Of a DNA stretch of 64,000 nucleotides, positions 48,884 to 61,980 are shown piece after piece (the first letter of the stretch is position 1; each line of letters begins with the position of its first letter). The stretch covers positions 20,028,001 through 20,092,000 of the forward strand of contig CM075988.1 of the NCBI GenBank assembly GCA_038087875.1, read 5' to 3'. The position numbers and the translations under genes were made by a program. This stretch comes from Malacoraja senta (taxonomy: Eukaryota). The notes beneath the pieces are model-generated. The model was not told the DNA's origin. It saw nothing but the letters and a program-made list of their open reading frames with translations, and did no database searches.

Positions 48884-48924
48884 GTGAGTACCGGCCCGCT
48901 GATGCCGGGAGCGTCGCCATCACC

Positions 48925-49190
48925 CCGTGTCCCCATCACTGACCTCCAACGTGTCCCCGTCGCTGACCCTCTCCCCGCCCCCCCCCCGTGTTCCCGTCAC
49001 TGCCTCCATCATTGACTCCCGTGTCTCCATCACTGACCCTCCCTTCTCCATCACTGTCACGTCCCATCTCCGTCACTGATCCCCTCCTTTATCCACCATT
49101 GACTCCCGTGTCTCCATCACTGACCCTTTCCCCATTACTGACGCTCCCTCGACCCCATCACTGACCCTCCCGTTTCCATCACTGACTCCC
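48925..49190 (+). repeat. Degenerate tandem repeat (…CCATCACTGACCCTC…) at the start of HSPA8 intron 1
   Basis: Multiple ccatcactgac/ccattgactcccgtgt units. Confidence 0.75.
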
Positions 49191-50716
49191 TGCGCCTGCG
49201 AACAGTTTATGACGGGGGAGCTGGGCTGACTCATCACCGGGACTACTGCTAATCGGCGCACCCCGAGGTGTCCTTGTTGCGGATAATTCGCCCCCGAGCC
49301 GTCGTTGGTGTTTAAGGAGGGGAGGGGAGTGAAGGCGCCCGTCAGTCTCCCACCCAGCATCGCCTGGCTGCACCACCATCCCGGGCGTTTAAGCAGCGTC
49401 TTTCTGTCAGCCGTCGACCTCCAAGCTTCAGTTAATGGGATCAAGCGGTATTTAGGGCGCCTCAATCATCACAGCATAAGCCATTTCGTTAATTGTTGTC
49501 CATAACTACCACACAGCTGCCTTGCTCCCTAGGTGTTTTTATTTGTTAAAGAATGCCTGTTGTTGTTCAAATGACTCATCCCCTCGGTTCTCAGATGTAT
49601 TTGGGTCGCCACTGGGGATAGAGGAGCTCTCCTCTAATATCTTTGGTTCCAGTTACCCTCAATTGACTGCAGTTTAATCTGATATAAACTGACGTGGAAT
49701 CAGTCCTTCAGGTAGGATGGCCATCCGTTCAGTGTTGTCCAATGCCCATCTCATGCAGGTCATGGAAAATGTTGGGTATGGATGGCAGGTGGCTCAGATG
49801 GTTCATTCCTGATCAAAAGACAAAGTGCAGGAGGAACTCAGTGGGTCAGCCAGCATTTGCTAAGGGAATGGATAAAATATATTCTGTGTTGAACCCTACT
49901 TCAGATTTGGTAGGGGGGGGGGGTGGAAGACACAGCCTGGCAATTGATAGGTGGACACAAGTGTGGTGGGGTGGGCAGAGGAGGGGGAATGAAGGACAAA
50001 TGGGGAACAGGTTGGGAGAGATGAATGAACAGAAGGAGGAGAAAATTAGGTGGACTTCCTGTTCTGTGCTAGGTTTTGCCATCTGCATTAAATGCAGTAG
50101 ACCAGGTTGGAAGAGAATCTCTGCTTTTCTCACCTGGAAGGGCTGCTCAGGTTACTGGACATAGCTGCCCATGGTGGGCTTTCAATTTTATTTCTGTCAT
50201 AGTTCAGCTTTCTGTTACTTGTCTATCAAAATTGTGCCAATCACTGTTTTGGTACCATCTCAACTTTATATTCTGGCAACTTTAATTGCTTGGCATTGAG
50301 AATTATTAAAATATGCAAATGTACGGTAATGACAATATCTCATCAATACAATGGCTGCTGATAACACACACAAAATGTGCTGCAGTTACTTGTCATGATC
50401 ACTTTTGACAACACTGCAATTGCGATTTTTACCACCTAGAAGAACAAGATAGCAATTGCAGAATCCCTTCCCAAGTTGCATATCATTTTGTTTTATAATA
50501 GTTTGTCTTATCACTCGGTCTATAACCTGAAACTCTACCCAGCCATCACGAAGGTGTACTTTACCAGAAGAACCACATATCAAAGCAAGGAGTTTGCCAC
50601 TTTTATCAAGGGCAATTAGATTGCAAACCATCATGTTGGAAATGAATAAAGCTCGTTTACTTCTATTTTGATACCTATTTTAAAACTAAAACCACTCAAT
50701 TTATTTTGCAGGCAGA

Positions 50717-50921
50717 ATGTCCAAGGGTCCAGCAGTTGGAATTGATCTTGGGACAACCTACTCATGCGTAGGTGTCTTCCAGCATGGCAAAGTTGAAATT
50801 ATTGCCAATGACCAAGGCAACCGCACTACTCCGAGCTATGTTGCCTTCACTGATACAGAAAGGCTCATTGGTGATGCAGCGAAAAATCAGGTGGCCATGA
50901 ACCCAACCAACACTGTCTTTG
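50717..50921 (+). CDS. HSPA8: HSPA8/HSC70 exon 2 ([41 protein letters not shown]…)
   Basis: HSP70 signature 1 and HSC70 N-terminus; 205 coding nt; donor GTAAGT. Confidence 0.96.
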
Positions 50922-51734
50922 GTAAGTTATTGCAATGTAAATGAAGGTTCTAAACTGCAATATTTTGAGGTATTAAACTGCACCTTTTGAAGTTTAGTTT
51001 ATTGTCACGTGGACCGAGGTACAGTGACAAATCTTTATTGTATGCTATCCAAAGAAAAAAGACTACACATTGCAATCATACCATCCACAAAGATAAATGA
51101 TACAAGTTAGTGCAAGATAAATCTGATTAAAGATAGTTTAAAGGTCTCCAATGAGATAATGGGAGGTCTGGAGCACTCTAGCTGGTGAGAGGACGGTTCA
51201 GTTGCCTGATAGCAGATGGGAAGAAACTGTCCCTACATCTGGAGGTATGCGTTTTCAAACCTCCATACTTCTTGTCTGATGGGAGAGGGGTGAAGAGGTA
51301 GTGACCGGGGCCAAGGCAACGTGGTGTAGATAAGAGTCAATGGAAGTTAAGTTGGTTTGCATGATGCAGGGCTCTCACTTAACCTTTTTTCCCTGTTGCC
51401 AGCCGGGCAACCTCGGCAGCTTTTTAGGTTGCCAAATGACAGTTTAGGTGGTCATTTAAGACGGTTTGCATGACGCGTGCGATAAAGTGCTCGGACGAAG
51501 TGCGTAGTTACCAGTCGGAATTATGGTCAATGAAGCATTCACATATTATTTCTGCCTCAAATAAAGTCACAAACTAAACATATTCACCAATCAAAACATG
51601 ATATATACCACAATGCAGCAACATTACAATACAGTATCTCATCACTTTTTACATGTTGCAATTAATGCAATTTCTACTATTCACTTTCCACTTCCAAACA
51701 AAAATCTGGTTGGATTATTCAGCATATGATCAAC

Positions 51735-52770
51735 CTCGGTGAGACCAAGCGCAGGCTTGGCGATCGCTTCGCACAACACCTCCACTCAGTTCACAATAAC
51801 TAACCTGATCTCCCGGTGGCTCAGCACTTCAACTCCCCCTCCCATTCCGAATCCGACCTTTCTCTCCTGAGCCTCCTCGATGGCCAGAGTGAGGCCCACC
51901 ACAAATTGGAGGAGCAGCACCTCATATTTGCTTCGATAGTTTACACCCCAGCGGTATGAACATTGGCTTCTCCAATTTCAGGTAGTCCTTGCTTTCTCCC
52001 TCCTTCCCTTCCCATTCCCAGCTCTCCCATAGCCTACTGTCTCCGCCTCTTCCTTTCTTTTTCCCCGCCCCCCCCCCCCGACATCAGTCTGAAGAACGGT
52101 CTCCACCCGAAGTGTCGCCTATTTCTTCGCTCCATAGATGCTGCCTCACCCGCTGATTTTCTCCAGCTTTGTCTACCAACGAGAGCCCACCACTGGCCAC
52201 ATCTTCCCATCTCCTCCCCTATCGGCTTTCCGCAGAGTCACTGGTCAATTTGTCCCTTCCCACCCAAATCACCCCCTCCTGGCATTTTCCCTTGCAACTG
52301 CAGGAAATGCTACACTTGTCGCTTTACCTCCCCCCTTGACTCCATTCAAGGACCCAAGCAGTCTTTCCAGGTGCGGCAGAGGTTCACCTGTACATCCTCC
52401 AACCTCATCAATTGTATCCGCTGCTCTAGGTGTCAGCTGCCCCAGTGTCTCAGCATTTCAACTCCCCCTCCCATTCCGAATCCGACCTTTCTGTCCTGGG
52501 CCTCCTCCATGGCCAGAGTGAGGCCCACCGTAAATTGGAGGAGCAGCACCTCACATTTCGCTTGGGCAGTTTACACCCCAGCGGTATGAACATTGACCTC
52601 CAATTTCAGGTAGTCCCTGCTTTCTCCTCCGCTTCACAGCTCTCCCTCAGCCCACTGTCTCCGCCTCTTCCTTTCTTCTTCCCGCCCCCCGCACCCTCAC
52701 ATCAGTTTGAAGAAGGGTCTTTTTTGTCTATCTTCAGTTTAAACCAGCATCTGCAGTTCCTTCCTACACA
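51735..52770 (+). mobile_element. Tandem Penelope 3' fragments (pseudo-LTR-like)
   Basis: Two copies of the GIY-YIG C-terminus (QHFNSPSHS…KLEEQHL) and the 3' tail. Confidence 0.75.
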
Positions 52771-53181
52771 CCAATACTATACGATAGAACTTTATTAATC
52801 CCAGGAGGGAAATTGTGTGTGTGTGTATAGTTATATATTCATATATAAATATACACTGTTTTGTTTTCTCGTTTATAACGTTGTGCTGCTGCAAGTAAGG
52901 ATTTCATTGAACTGGGACTTGAGCGAATAAAACACTCTTGATTCTTGACTTACATCACTAATGTGTGGGATAGAACGAGTGTACAGGTGATCGGTGGTCA
53001 GCGTGGACTCGGTGGGCCGAAGGACCTGTTTCTACGCTGTATCTTTAAATTAAACTAAAAACACTAAAACCTGAGGAAATCTAAAGAAGGGTCTCTACCC
53101 GAAACGTCATCCAATTTCTTCCCCGCACAATTAAAGCATCTTCACCCTACCATAGGTACCCAACCAGACACAACTAAATTT

Positions 53182-55139
53182 GGCACTACAAAGCTGAGGC
53201 CACGCGCCAACTCTCGGACACCTCCTCCTACTTACCCCTGGACCATGACCCCACTGACGAGCACCAGGCCACCATCTCCAGCACCATCACCGACTTCATC
53301 AACTCCCACGCCCTGCCCGACCGAGCCTCCAACCTCATCGTTCCCCAGCCCCGCACAGCCCGCTTTTACCTTCTCCCCAAAATCCACAAACCTGACTGTC
53401 CCGGAAGACCCATTGTCTCTGCCTGTTCGTGCCCCACCGAACTCATCTCCACCTGCCTCGACTCCATCCTATCCCCCTTGGTTAAATCCCTCCCTACCTA
53501 TGTTCAAGACACCTCAGACACTCTCCGTCATCTCCGCGCATTCCACTCTCTAGGCCCTCACCCGCTCATCTTCACCATGGACGTCCAGTCACTGTACACC
53601 TCCATCCCCCACCAGGATGTTCTCGAAGCCCTCCGTTTTTTCCTCGACCGTAGAAGCAATCTATACCCGGCCACTGACACCCTCCTCCGCCTAGCGGAGC
53701 TGGTCCTTACACTTAATAACTTCTCATTTGACTCCTCCCATTTCCTCCAAATACAAGGCGTAGCTATGGGCACACGCATGGGCCCCAGCTACGCCTGCCT
53801 CTTTGTCGGGTACGTAGAACAATCCTTGTTCAATGCGTACCAGGGCCCCATCATCGACCTCTACCTCCGCTACATCGATGATTGTTTTGGTGCCACATCC
53901 TGCACCCACACACAACTGACTGACTTCATCCGCTTCACCACCAACTTCCATCCGGCACTCAAATACACCTGGACCATTTCCGACACTTCCCTACCATTCC
54001 TTGACCTCACTATCTCCATCGCAGGTGATAGACTCCTTACCGACATCCACTACAAACCTACCGACTCCCATGGCTATCTGGACTACACTTCTTCCCACCC
54101 TGCTTCCTGTAAGGACTCCATCCCCCACTCCCAATTCCTCCGTCTACGCCGCATCTGCTCCCAGGATGAGGCGTTCCACACCAGGGCATCTGAAATGTCC
54201 TCATTCTTCAGGGAACGGGGGTTCCCCTCCACCATAGATGAGGCTCGCACCAGGGTCTCTGCCATACCCCGCAACACTGCTCTCTCTCCCCATCCCCCCA
54301 CTCACAACAAAGGCAGAGTCCCCCTAGTCCTCACCTTTCACCCCACCAGCCGTCACATACAACAAGTGATCCTCCGTCAGTTTCGCCACCTCCAACGTGA
54401 CCCCACCACTCGCCACATCTTCCCATCTCCCCCTATGTCTGCCTTCCGCAAAGACCGCTCCGTAACTCCCTTGTCAATTCTTCCCTTCCCTTCCATACCA
54501 CCCCCTCCCCTGGTACTTTCCCTTGCAACCGCAAGAGATGCAACACTTGTCCCTTCACCTCCCCCCTCCACTCCATTCAAGGACCCAAGCAGTCGTTCCA
54601 GGTGCGACAGAGGTTCACCTGCATCTCCTCCAACCTCATCTATTGCATTCGCTGCTCTAGATGCCAGCTGATCTACATCGGTGAGACCAAGCGGAGGCTT
54701 GGCGATCGTTTCGCCAAACACCTCCGGTCGGTCCGCAATAACCAACCTGAACTCCCGGTGGCTCAGCACTTCAATTCCCCCTCCCATTCTGTATCTGACC
54801 TCTCTGTCCTGGGTCTCCTCCATGGCCACAGCGAGCAACACCGTAAATTGGAGGAAATGCACCTCATATTCCGCTTGGGCAGTCTACATCCTGGTGGCCT
54901 GAACATTGAATTCTCCCAATTCTGCTAGCCCTTGCTGTCCCCTCCCCTTCATCAGCCACCTGGCTGTCTCCTCCCCTCCCCCAGCCTTCAGGCTCCTCCT
55001 CCGCCTTTTTCCTTTTTTCCTTTCTTCTCCCCACCCCCTATCAGTCTGAAGAAGGGTTTTGGCCCGAAACGTTACCTATTTCCTTCGCTCCATAGATGCT
55101 GCTGCACCCGCTGAGTTTCTCCAGCATTTTTGTGTACCT
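53182..55139 (+). mobile_element. Penelope-like retroelement (RT plus GIY-YIG endonuclease), 5'-truncated, in HSPA8 intron 2
   Basis: QGVAMG and YLRYIDD RT motifs; NLIYCIRC…YIGET GIY-YIG motif; TSD ACAACTAAATTT at 53170-53181 and 55140-55151. Confidence 0.9.
55046..55073 (+). ncRNA. Minimal type I hammerhead ribozyme-like core in the Penelope 3' tail
   Basis: CTGAAGA-A-GGG(TTTTGG)CCC-GAAAC-GTT. Confidence 0.55.
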
Positions 55140-56334
55140 ACAACTAAATTTAAGGTAGTTCTTTTATCCCAAGAACCCTTTTTTGCTTAAGTCCAAGTCA
55201 AGAGTCAAGAGAGTTTTATTGTCATGTGTCCCAGATAGGACAATGAAATTCTTGCTTGCTGCAGCACAACAGAACATGTAAACATAATACAGAACAGGAG
55301 ATAAAAGCTCAGTATATACCATAGACCATGTATATATATATACACAATAAATAAACAGATAAAATGCAATAGGCTGTTATTTTTCAGAGTTTGGAGTTTG
55401 GTGGTGGTGGTGGTTGTGGGTCCACTCCAGTTTAAATTCCATTTCGAATATTTTTGGAGGACCAGGAAACAAAGAAGCAAGAGTTGCTCCAGCTCCAGGG
55501 AGTGATTCTGCGTTGGTTTTCAGCGGTTGCGGTGAGGCAGCGACCGGACAGCAATGGCGGCCAGGTCTCCCACAATGCAAAGGGAGGGAGAAAGTGGCCA
55601 ACACCGACCAGTTGCCGTGGTAGTGCGCATGTGCAGGTCGGCACATGCGCACAACCACGGCCAATGATGTGCTGGCCAAAGATCCTATAGCGAGGCTCTC
55701 CCTCAGCCCACTGTCTCCGCCTCTTCCTTCTTCCCGCAACCGGGCAACCGCTAATTTCGAGCCCTGTGATGGTCTAAGCTTCTTCCACAACTCTGCAATT
55801 TCTTGCAGTCTTGGATGGAGCTGTTCCCAAACCATGCTGTGATGTAACCCGATATAATGGTTTCTACGACGCAAGAACGTTAGTGAGGGTTGTTGGGAAT
55901 GTGCCAAACCCCCTAAGCTTTCTAAGCAGTAGTTGTAGTTTTCTGGCCATAGTTCAATGTGGCTGGTCCAGGACAAATTGCTGGTGATATTTATTCATAA
56001 GAACTTGAAGCTTTCGACTATTTCTACTTCGGCGCCATCAATGTGTACTGCTTCTCTTCCTGAAGTTAATCACAATCTCCTATGTTTTGCTGACACTGAG
56101 GGAGAGGTTGTTGTCTTGACACCAGGTTACGAGGTTCTCAATCTCCTTCCTGGAGTCTGTCTCCTCATTACTTAATATCAGACCCACGACGGTGGTGTCG
56201 TTTGCGAACTTGTAAATTGAGTTTGATTGGTGTTTGATGCACGGTCATGAGTGTATAGTAGGGGGCAGAGAACGCATCCTTGTGGGGCACCGTTGCAGGG
56301 GATCGTTGAGGTTGATTTGTCACTTATCCTCACT

Positions 56335-57783
56335 GATTGTGGATGTGGTATACTTGGACTTCCAAAAGGCTTTTGACAAGGTGCCACATAAGAGACTATT
56401 GCTAAAAATAAAAAATTATGGGATTGGGGGTAATATATTAGCATGGGTAGAGGATTGGCTAACAAATAGGAAGCAGAGAGTGGGGATAAATGGTTCATAC
56501 TCGGGATGGCAACCGGTAACTAGCGGGGTTCCGCAAGGGTCGGTGCTGGGACCCCAGTTGTTCACAATTTATATAAATGATTTGGAGGAGGGAACCAAGT
56601 GTAATATATCAAAATTTGCGGACGATACAAAAATGGGAGGAAAAGTAGGGGATGAGGAGGATAGGAAGAGTCTGCAAAAGGATATAGATAAGCTAGGTGA
56701 GTGGGCAACAACTTGGCAGATGAAATTTAATACTAATAAATGTGAAGTCATTCACTTTGGGGAAAAAAAATGATAGGGCAAGTTATTTTCTAAATGAGGT
56801 GGAGCTGCGTTGTAATGCAACGCAAAGGGATCTAGGGGTAGTAGTACATGAATCACTAAAAGTTAGTATGCAGGTGCAGCAAGCAATCAGGAAGGCCAAT
56901 GGAGTTTTGGCCTTTATTGCTAGGGGGATTGAGTATAAAAACACGGAGGTCTTGCTGCAGCTGTACACAGTATTAGTGAGACCACATTTGGAATACTGTG
57001 TACAGTTCTGGGGTCCATACTTAAGAAAGGATGTACTGGCCCTGGAGGCAGTGCAGCGAAGGTTTACAAGATTAATTCCTGCAATGAGGGGATTGACATA
57101 TGAGGAAAGGTTAAGTAGGCTGGAACTCTACTCTTTGGAGTTTAGAAGAATGAGAGGCGATCTCATTGAAACATATAAGATCGTGAGGGGCCTTGATCGG
57201 GTGGATGCACCGAGGATATTCCCAATGATCGGGGAAACTAGAACTAGGGGACATAGTTGTAGAATAAGGGGGGGCTCTTTTAAAACTGAGATGAGGAAGA
57301 ACTTCTTCACCCAGAGGGTGGTTAATTTATGGAATTCACTGCCCCAGGGAGCAGTGGAAGCAGAAACATTAAATATATTTAAGTCTAAAATAGATGGTTT
57401 TTTAGCTGCCAAGGGGATAAGGGGCTACGGGGAGAGGGCAGGGATATGGACCTAGGTATGGTTAGTATAGTAAGACCTGAGTGATCTCCTGGACAAGTGT
57501 CGATCGCCTGGATTGGGGTCGGAGAGGAATTTCCCGGATTTTTTTCCCGAATTGGACCTGGGTTTTTATCCGGTTTTTTGCCTCCCCAGGAGATCACGCG
57601 GTTCTTGGGGTGGAGAGGGGTGATAGCGGTATAAAGGGGAGGGTAGTGTCTTGTGTTCTGTGTCTTGTGTCTACTGTTTGTGGGTAAGGGTGTCTGTTTA
57701 GTGTTCAGCCATGAGCGAATGGCGGTGCGGGCTCGATGGACCTGGTGGTCTACTCTCGCACCTACTTTCTATGTTTCTATGTT
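56335..57783 (+). mobile_element. CR1 LINE 3' portion, young
   Basis: YLDFQKAFDKVPH, GVPQGSVLGP and FADD motifs; one frameshift at an A8 run; (TTCTATGT)n tail. Confidence 0.88.
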
Positions 57784-58380
57784 GTTCGGGAAGTCGGAAG
57801 TCAAGGATCCAGTTGCCGAGGGGAGTGCTGACTCAAGTTCCACGAGTTCGGAGATAAGCTTCGTTGGGATAATGGTATTGAAAGCAGAGCTGTCATCTAT
57901 GAATAGAGGTCTGACGTAGGTGTCCTTCTTATCCAGGTGTTCCAGGAATGAGTGTAGGGCCAGGGAGATGGCATCAGCTGTTGTGGCGGTGAAGGCGCAA
58001 CTGGAGAAACTTGTACATGCAAAGAACTGCTAATCAAATTGGCATTTCACTTGCAGAGTAATTTGTATCAAGCTGTAGAGGTGAAGTAATTTGCTGTTGC
58101 TTGTGTGAGCATTTTGTTTGAGGTTATGTTACCCTGAGTTGAGTGATTTGTTGGTGTAGATTTCTGTCCTGATCCGAAGAAGTAATTTGACCTGAAAAGC
58201 CACCTATAATTTTCTCCAGAGATGCTGTCTGAACCACTGAGTTACACCAGCATTTTGTGTCTTATCTGTCCTGATCATCTTGGAAAATGCTGATGTTGAG
58301 CAACATAAGTCTAGAACCATTTTGTGGCAGAGAAATGTTTTCTGTAAGTCTTAATATTCATCATCCTGTGAATTTTGTAG

Positions 58381-58586
58381 ATGCCAAACGCCTGATTGGA
58401 CGTAGATTTGAAGATACTGTTGTTCAAGCTGACATGAAGCACTGGCCTTTCAATGTAGTAAATGATGGTGGTCGTCCCAAAGTTCAGGTTGACTACAAAG
58501 GTGAAACTAAATCTTTTTATCCTGAAGAAATCTCTTCAATGGTGCTCACAAAAATGAAAGAAATTGCAGAAGCCTATCTTGGAAAA
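58381..58586 (+). CDS. HSPA8: HSPA8 exon 3 ([10 protein letters not shown]…AEAYLGK)
   Basis: 206 nt, GT-AG boundaries, canonical HSPA8 exon size. Confidence 0.96.
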
Positions 58587-59006
58587 GTAGGTAACCTTTA
58601 ACATTGTGCTAAAATAAGGATTTGCCTTGCCATTTGATGCTGAACATTCATGTTTGCATGTGATTTTAATTTTAAACGATTAAACATGGGAACAACAAAC
58701 TAGTCTTAAAGATTTTTTGCAATAAAATGCATATATTCATGTCTAAATATTAGTCACTACATTGTAAGTAAACTAGTGTTTGTCATACAGTTTGATAACT
58801 TCCATCCCAATTGGTCTGCACAAGATGAACAGATGGTCATTGTATTTCAAGGAAAATTTAGTTTGACTTTTTCATGGTGATGCTTTCAAAAGATTCTCTA
58901 GAAATTCAAAGAACCGTAAAAAGTGGAAATCAATAATTTGGAGCAAGTTCTGAATTTTTGGAGCAGCTTTGCTAGTGTTACAATCAGTGCAAAAGATAAC
59001 ATTTAA

Positions 59007-59189
<183 letters not shown>

Positions 59190-59571
59190 TAGCAAAATAT
59201 CTTAATGACATGCGGCTTAATTCCTAGTGCAATCTAGTGCACTTAATTCCTAGTGCAATCTATATTTACTGCAGGGCTGTCTAATTATTATGCTTGAGAC
59301 TAGGGTGGTCTAAGATAACATTCTTGAACGTCTTTCTAAAATAAATAAAGAATGCCAAAGCAGGGCTTCATGTGTACAATCGCCATCCATGGAATGTGCA
59401 CCCAAGACCTCACTTTAAGTTGAGCCTGTTGCATCACTTTACTTGAATGGGGTAGCTGATAATGATTTAAAATAGTTAATTTCTGATATCTAAGGTACTA
59501 AATGGTTTTTACTTGAACAGTATACATGTCTGATAATTTGCTGTCAGCTTCGGTCAAATTTAACTGTTGAA

Positions 59572-60242
59572 AGTGGCACAGCGGTAGAGTTGCTTCCTTA
59601 CAGCGCCAGAGCCCCGGAATCAATCCTGACAACGGGTACTGTCTACAGAAGGATGAGGGGGTATCTTATAGAAACATATAACATTATAAAAGGACTGGAC
59701 AAGCTAGATGCAGGAAAAATGTTCCTAATGTTGGGCGAGTCCAGAACCAGGGGCCAGTCTTAGAATAAAGGGGAGGCCATTTAAGACCAGAGAGTTGTGA
59801 ATTTGTGGAATTCCTTGCCACAGAGGGCAGTGGAGGCCAAATCACTGGATGGATTTAAGAGAGAGTTAGATAGATCTCTAGGGGCTAGTGGAATCAAGGG
59901 ATATGGGGAGAAGGCAGGCACAGGTTATTGATTGGGGACAGTCAGCCATGATCACAATGAATGGCGGTGCTGGCTCGAAGGGCCAAATGGCCTCCTCCTG
60001 CACCTATTTTCTATGTTTCTACAGAGTCTGTACGTTCTCCCCATGACCTGCGTGGGTTTTCTCCGGGAAGCTCGTTTCCTCCCACACTCCAAAGACTTAA
60101 AGGTTTGTAGGTTAATTGGCTTGGTATAAATGGAAATTGACCCTAGTGTGTGTAGGATAGTGTTACTGTGCGGGAATCTCAGGTCGGCGCAGACTTGGAC
60201 CGAATTACCTGTTTCCACGCTGTATCTCTAAACTAATCTAAA
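59572..60242 (+). mobile_element. V-SINE split by a CR1 3' fragment (about 59649-60018) in HSPA8 intron 4
   Basis: SINE head and body rejoin across the CR1 piece; TCTACAGA duplicated at the junctions. Confidence 0.72.
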
Positions 60243-60472
60243 AGAGCCATGAAGATGGAACCTTGGGAGACCCAGTTGTTATTTGAGGACTGCAGGGTGC
60301 TGCAGTAAAGGAGTCTACAAGTTCGCTCACAGGGTTGCAGAAAGTTACAGGGCTAAGATCTAGATGGCAGGGTAGTTGAAGTGTAATCAGTTCAGCTCAT
60401 TAATATAACTTTGGTAAGCTGCACATAAGCAAAGATGCACTTTTTAGCAAAATTTGTATTTTCTTGTTGTAG

Positions 60473-61028
60473 GTTGGTGCTGAAAGAAATGTACTGATTT
60501 TTGACCTGGGTGGTGGTACCTTTGATGTCTCCATCTTGACCATTGAAGATGGAATTTTTGAAGTCAAATCTACAGCTGGCGACACCCACCTTGGTGGTGA
60601 AGACTTCGACAATCGTATGGTCAATCATTTTATTACTGAGTTCAAACGAAAATACAAGAAAGACATTACTGATAACAAGAGAGCTGTTCGACGTCTCCGC
60701 ACTGCCTGTGAACGTGCAAAGCGTACACTATCATCCAGTACACAAGCGAGCATTGAAATTGACTCTCTATATGAGGGTATTGATTTTTACACCTCAATCA
60801 CTAGGGCACGATTTGAAGAGCTCAATGCTGACCTATTTCGTGGCACACTTGACCCTGTAGAGAAATCCTTGCGAGATGCCAAACTTGACAAGGCTCAAAT
60901 CCATGATATTGTACTGGTTGGTGGATCCACCCGCATTCCCAAAATCCAGAAATTGTTGCAAGATTTCTTCAATGGCAAGGAATTGAATAAGAGCATCAAT
61001 CCTGATGAGGCTGTCGCATATGGTGCAG
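60473..61028 (+). CDS. HSPA8: HSPA8 exon 5 ([22 protein letters not shown]…AVAYGA)
   Basis: 556 nt, HSP70 signatures 2 and 3. Confidence 0.96.
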
Positions 61029-61281
61029 GTAACAAAGTTCATTAATAGTAGGGGAAATATCTGGTTCTTATAAGCAAATTCAAATTCAAAATTTACTTGA
61101 AATTATAAAATTGAAACTAGTAAGTGGAAACTACAAGTTCATACTCGAATGTTGGGAAACATTCATTCTCTCTACTTGGAACTGCAGAGGTCCATTTTGA
61201 AAGCATAATCTTGCAATAATGAAAAGTAGCTTATCGAAATCACTGCCAAATCTTTATTGTGGTTATGTTCTGTTACCACAG

Positions 61282-61484
61282 CTGTTCAGGCAGCCATCTT
61301 GGCTGGTGACAAGTCAGAAAATGTACAAGATCTACTATTATTGGACGTCACTCCGCTGTCCTTGGGCATTGAGACTGCTGGTGGTGTGATGACTGTCTTG
61401 ATCAAACGGAACACTACTATTCCAACAAAGCAAACACAAACATTTACGACCTACTCTGACAACCAGCCCGGTGTGCTCATTCAG
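61282..61484 (+). CDS. HSPA8: HSPA8 exon 6 ([23 protein letters not shown]…VLIQ)
   Basis: 203 nt, interdomain linker DLLLLD. Confidence 0.96.
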
Positions 61485-61980
61485 GTAATTGTTTTCATTT
61501 AAACTTAGAGTTAGGAATTTTAATTTGTGGCAGCCAGAATAGACAATGCACATTAGCCCCAATAATACACTGGCTGGAAGAATATTTTTTTTTGTCTGAA
61601 CGTGTGAAAATTATGGATGACTTCTGTTAATGATTAGATCTATCTGTGGAAGGCGGTTTATGTGCAGTTAATGTTAAAATCATGCTACAAATGTTTGAAA
61701 GTACACCCATATTTACTATAAATAGCAGCATTACAACTGATTTAAAAATGTTCCCTAAAATGCAGCTGTACTTTCAAATGTGAGAGGCAAGTTTTCAGTA
61801 ACCAAATGTAATATAATTTATTTACAGAAAATATCAGTGGACCTTTAGTTTATTTGTTTTTGGATAACTTAAGATGTCTATTATCAACTACAAGCGGGTT
61901 TTTCACTGACTTTCTTGCAAATGCAAATTATACAGATCTTTTGATTTTTGGCTAAACTGATCTGGAAATTGTATTCTTAG

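Larger units (their letters stand above)
51367..55766. mobile_element. Unclassified TIR DNA transposon (CAGGGCTC termini) carrying Penelope pieces
   Basis: Left end CAGGGCTCTCACTTA, right end TAATTTCGAGCCCTG, flanked by TGATG on both sides; it splits a Rex1-like fragment that rejoins across it. Confidence 0.6.
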
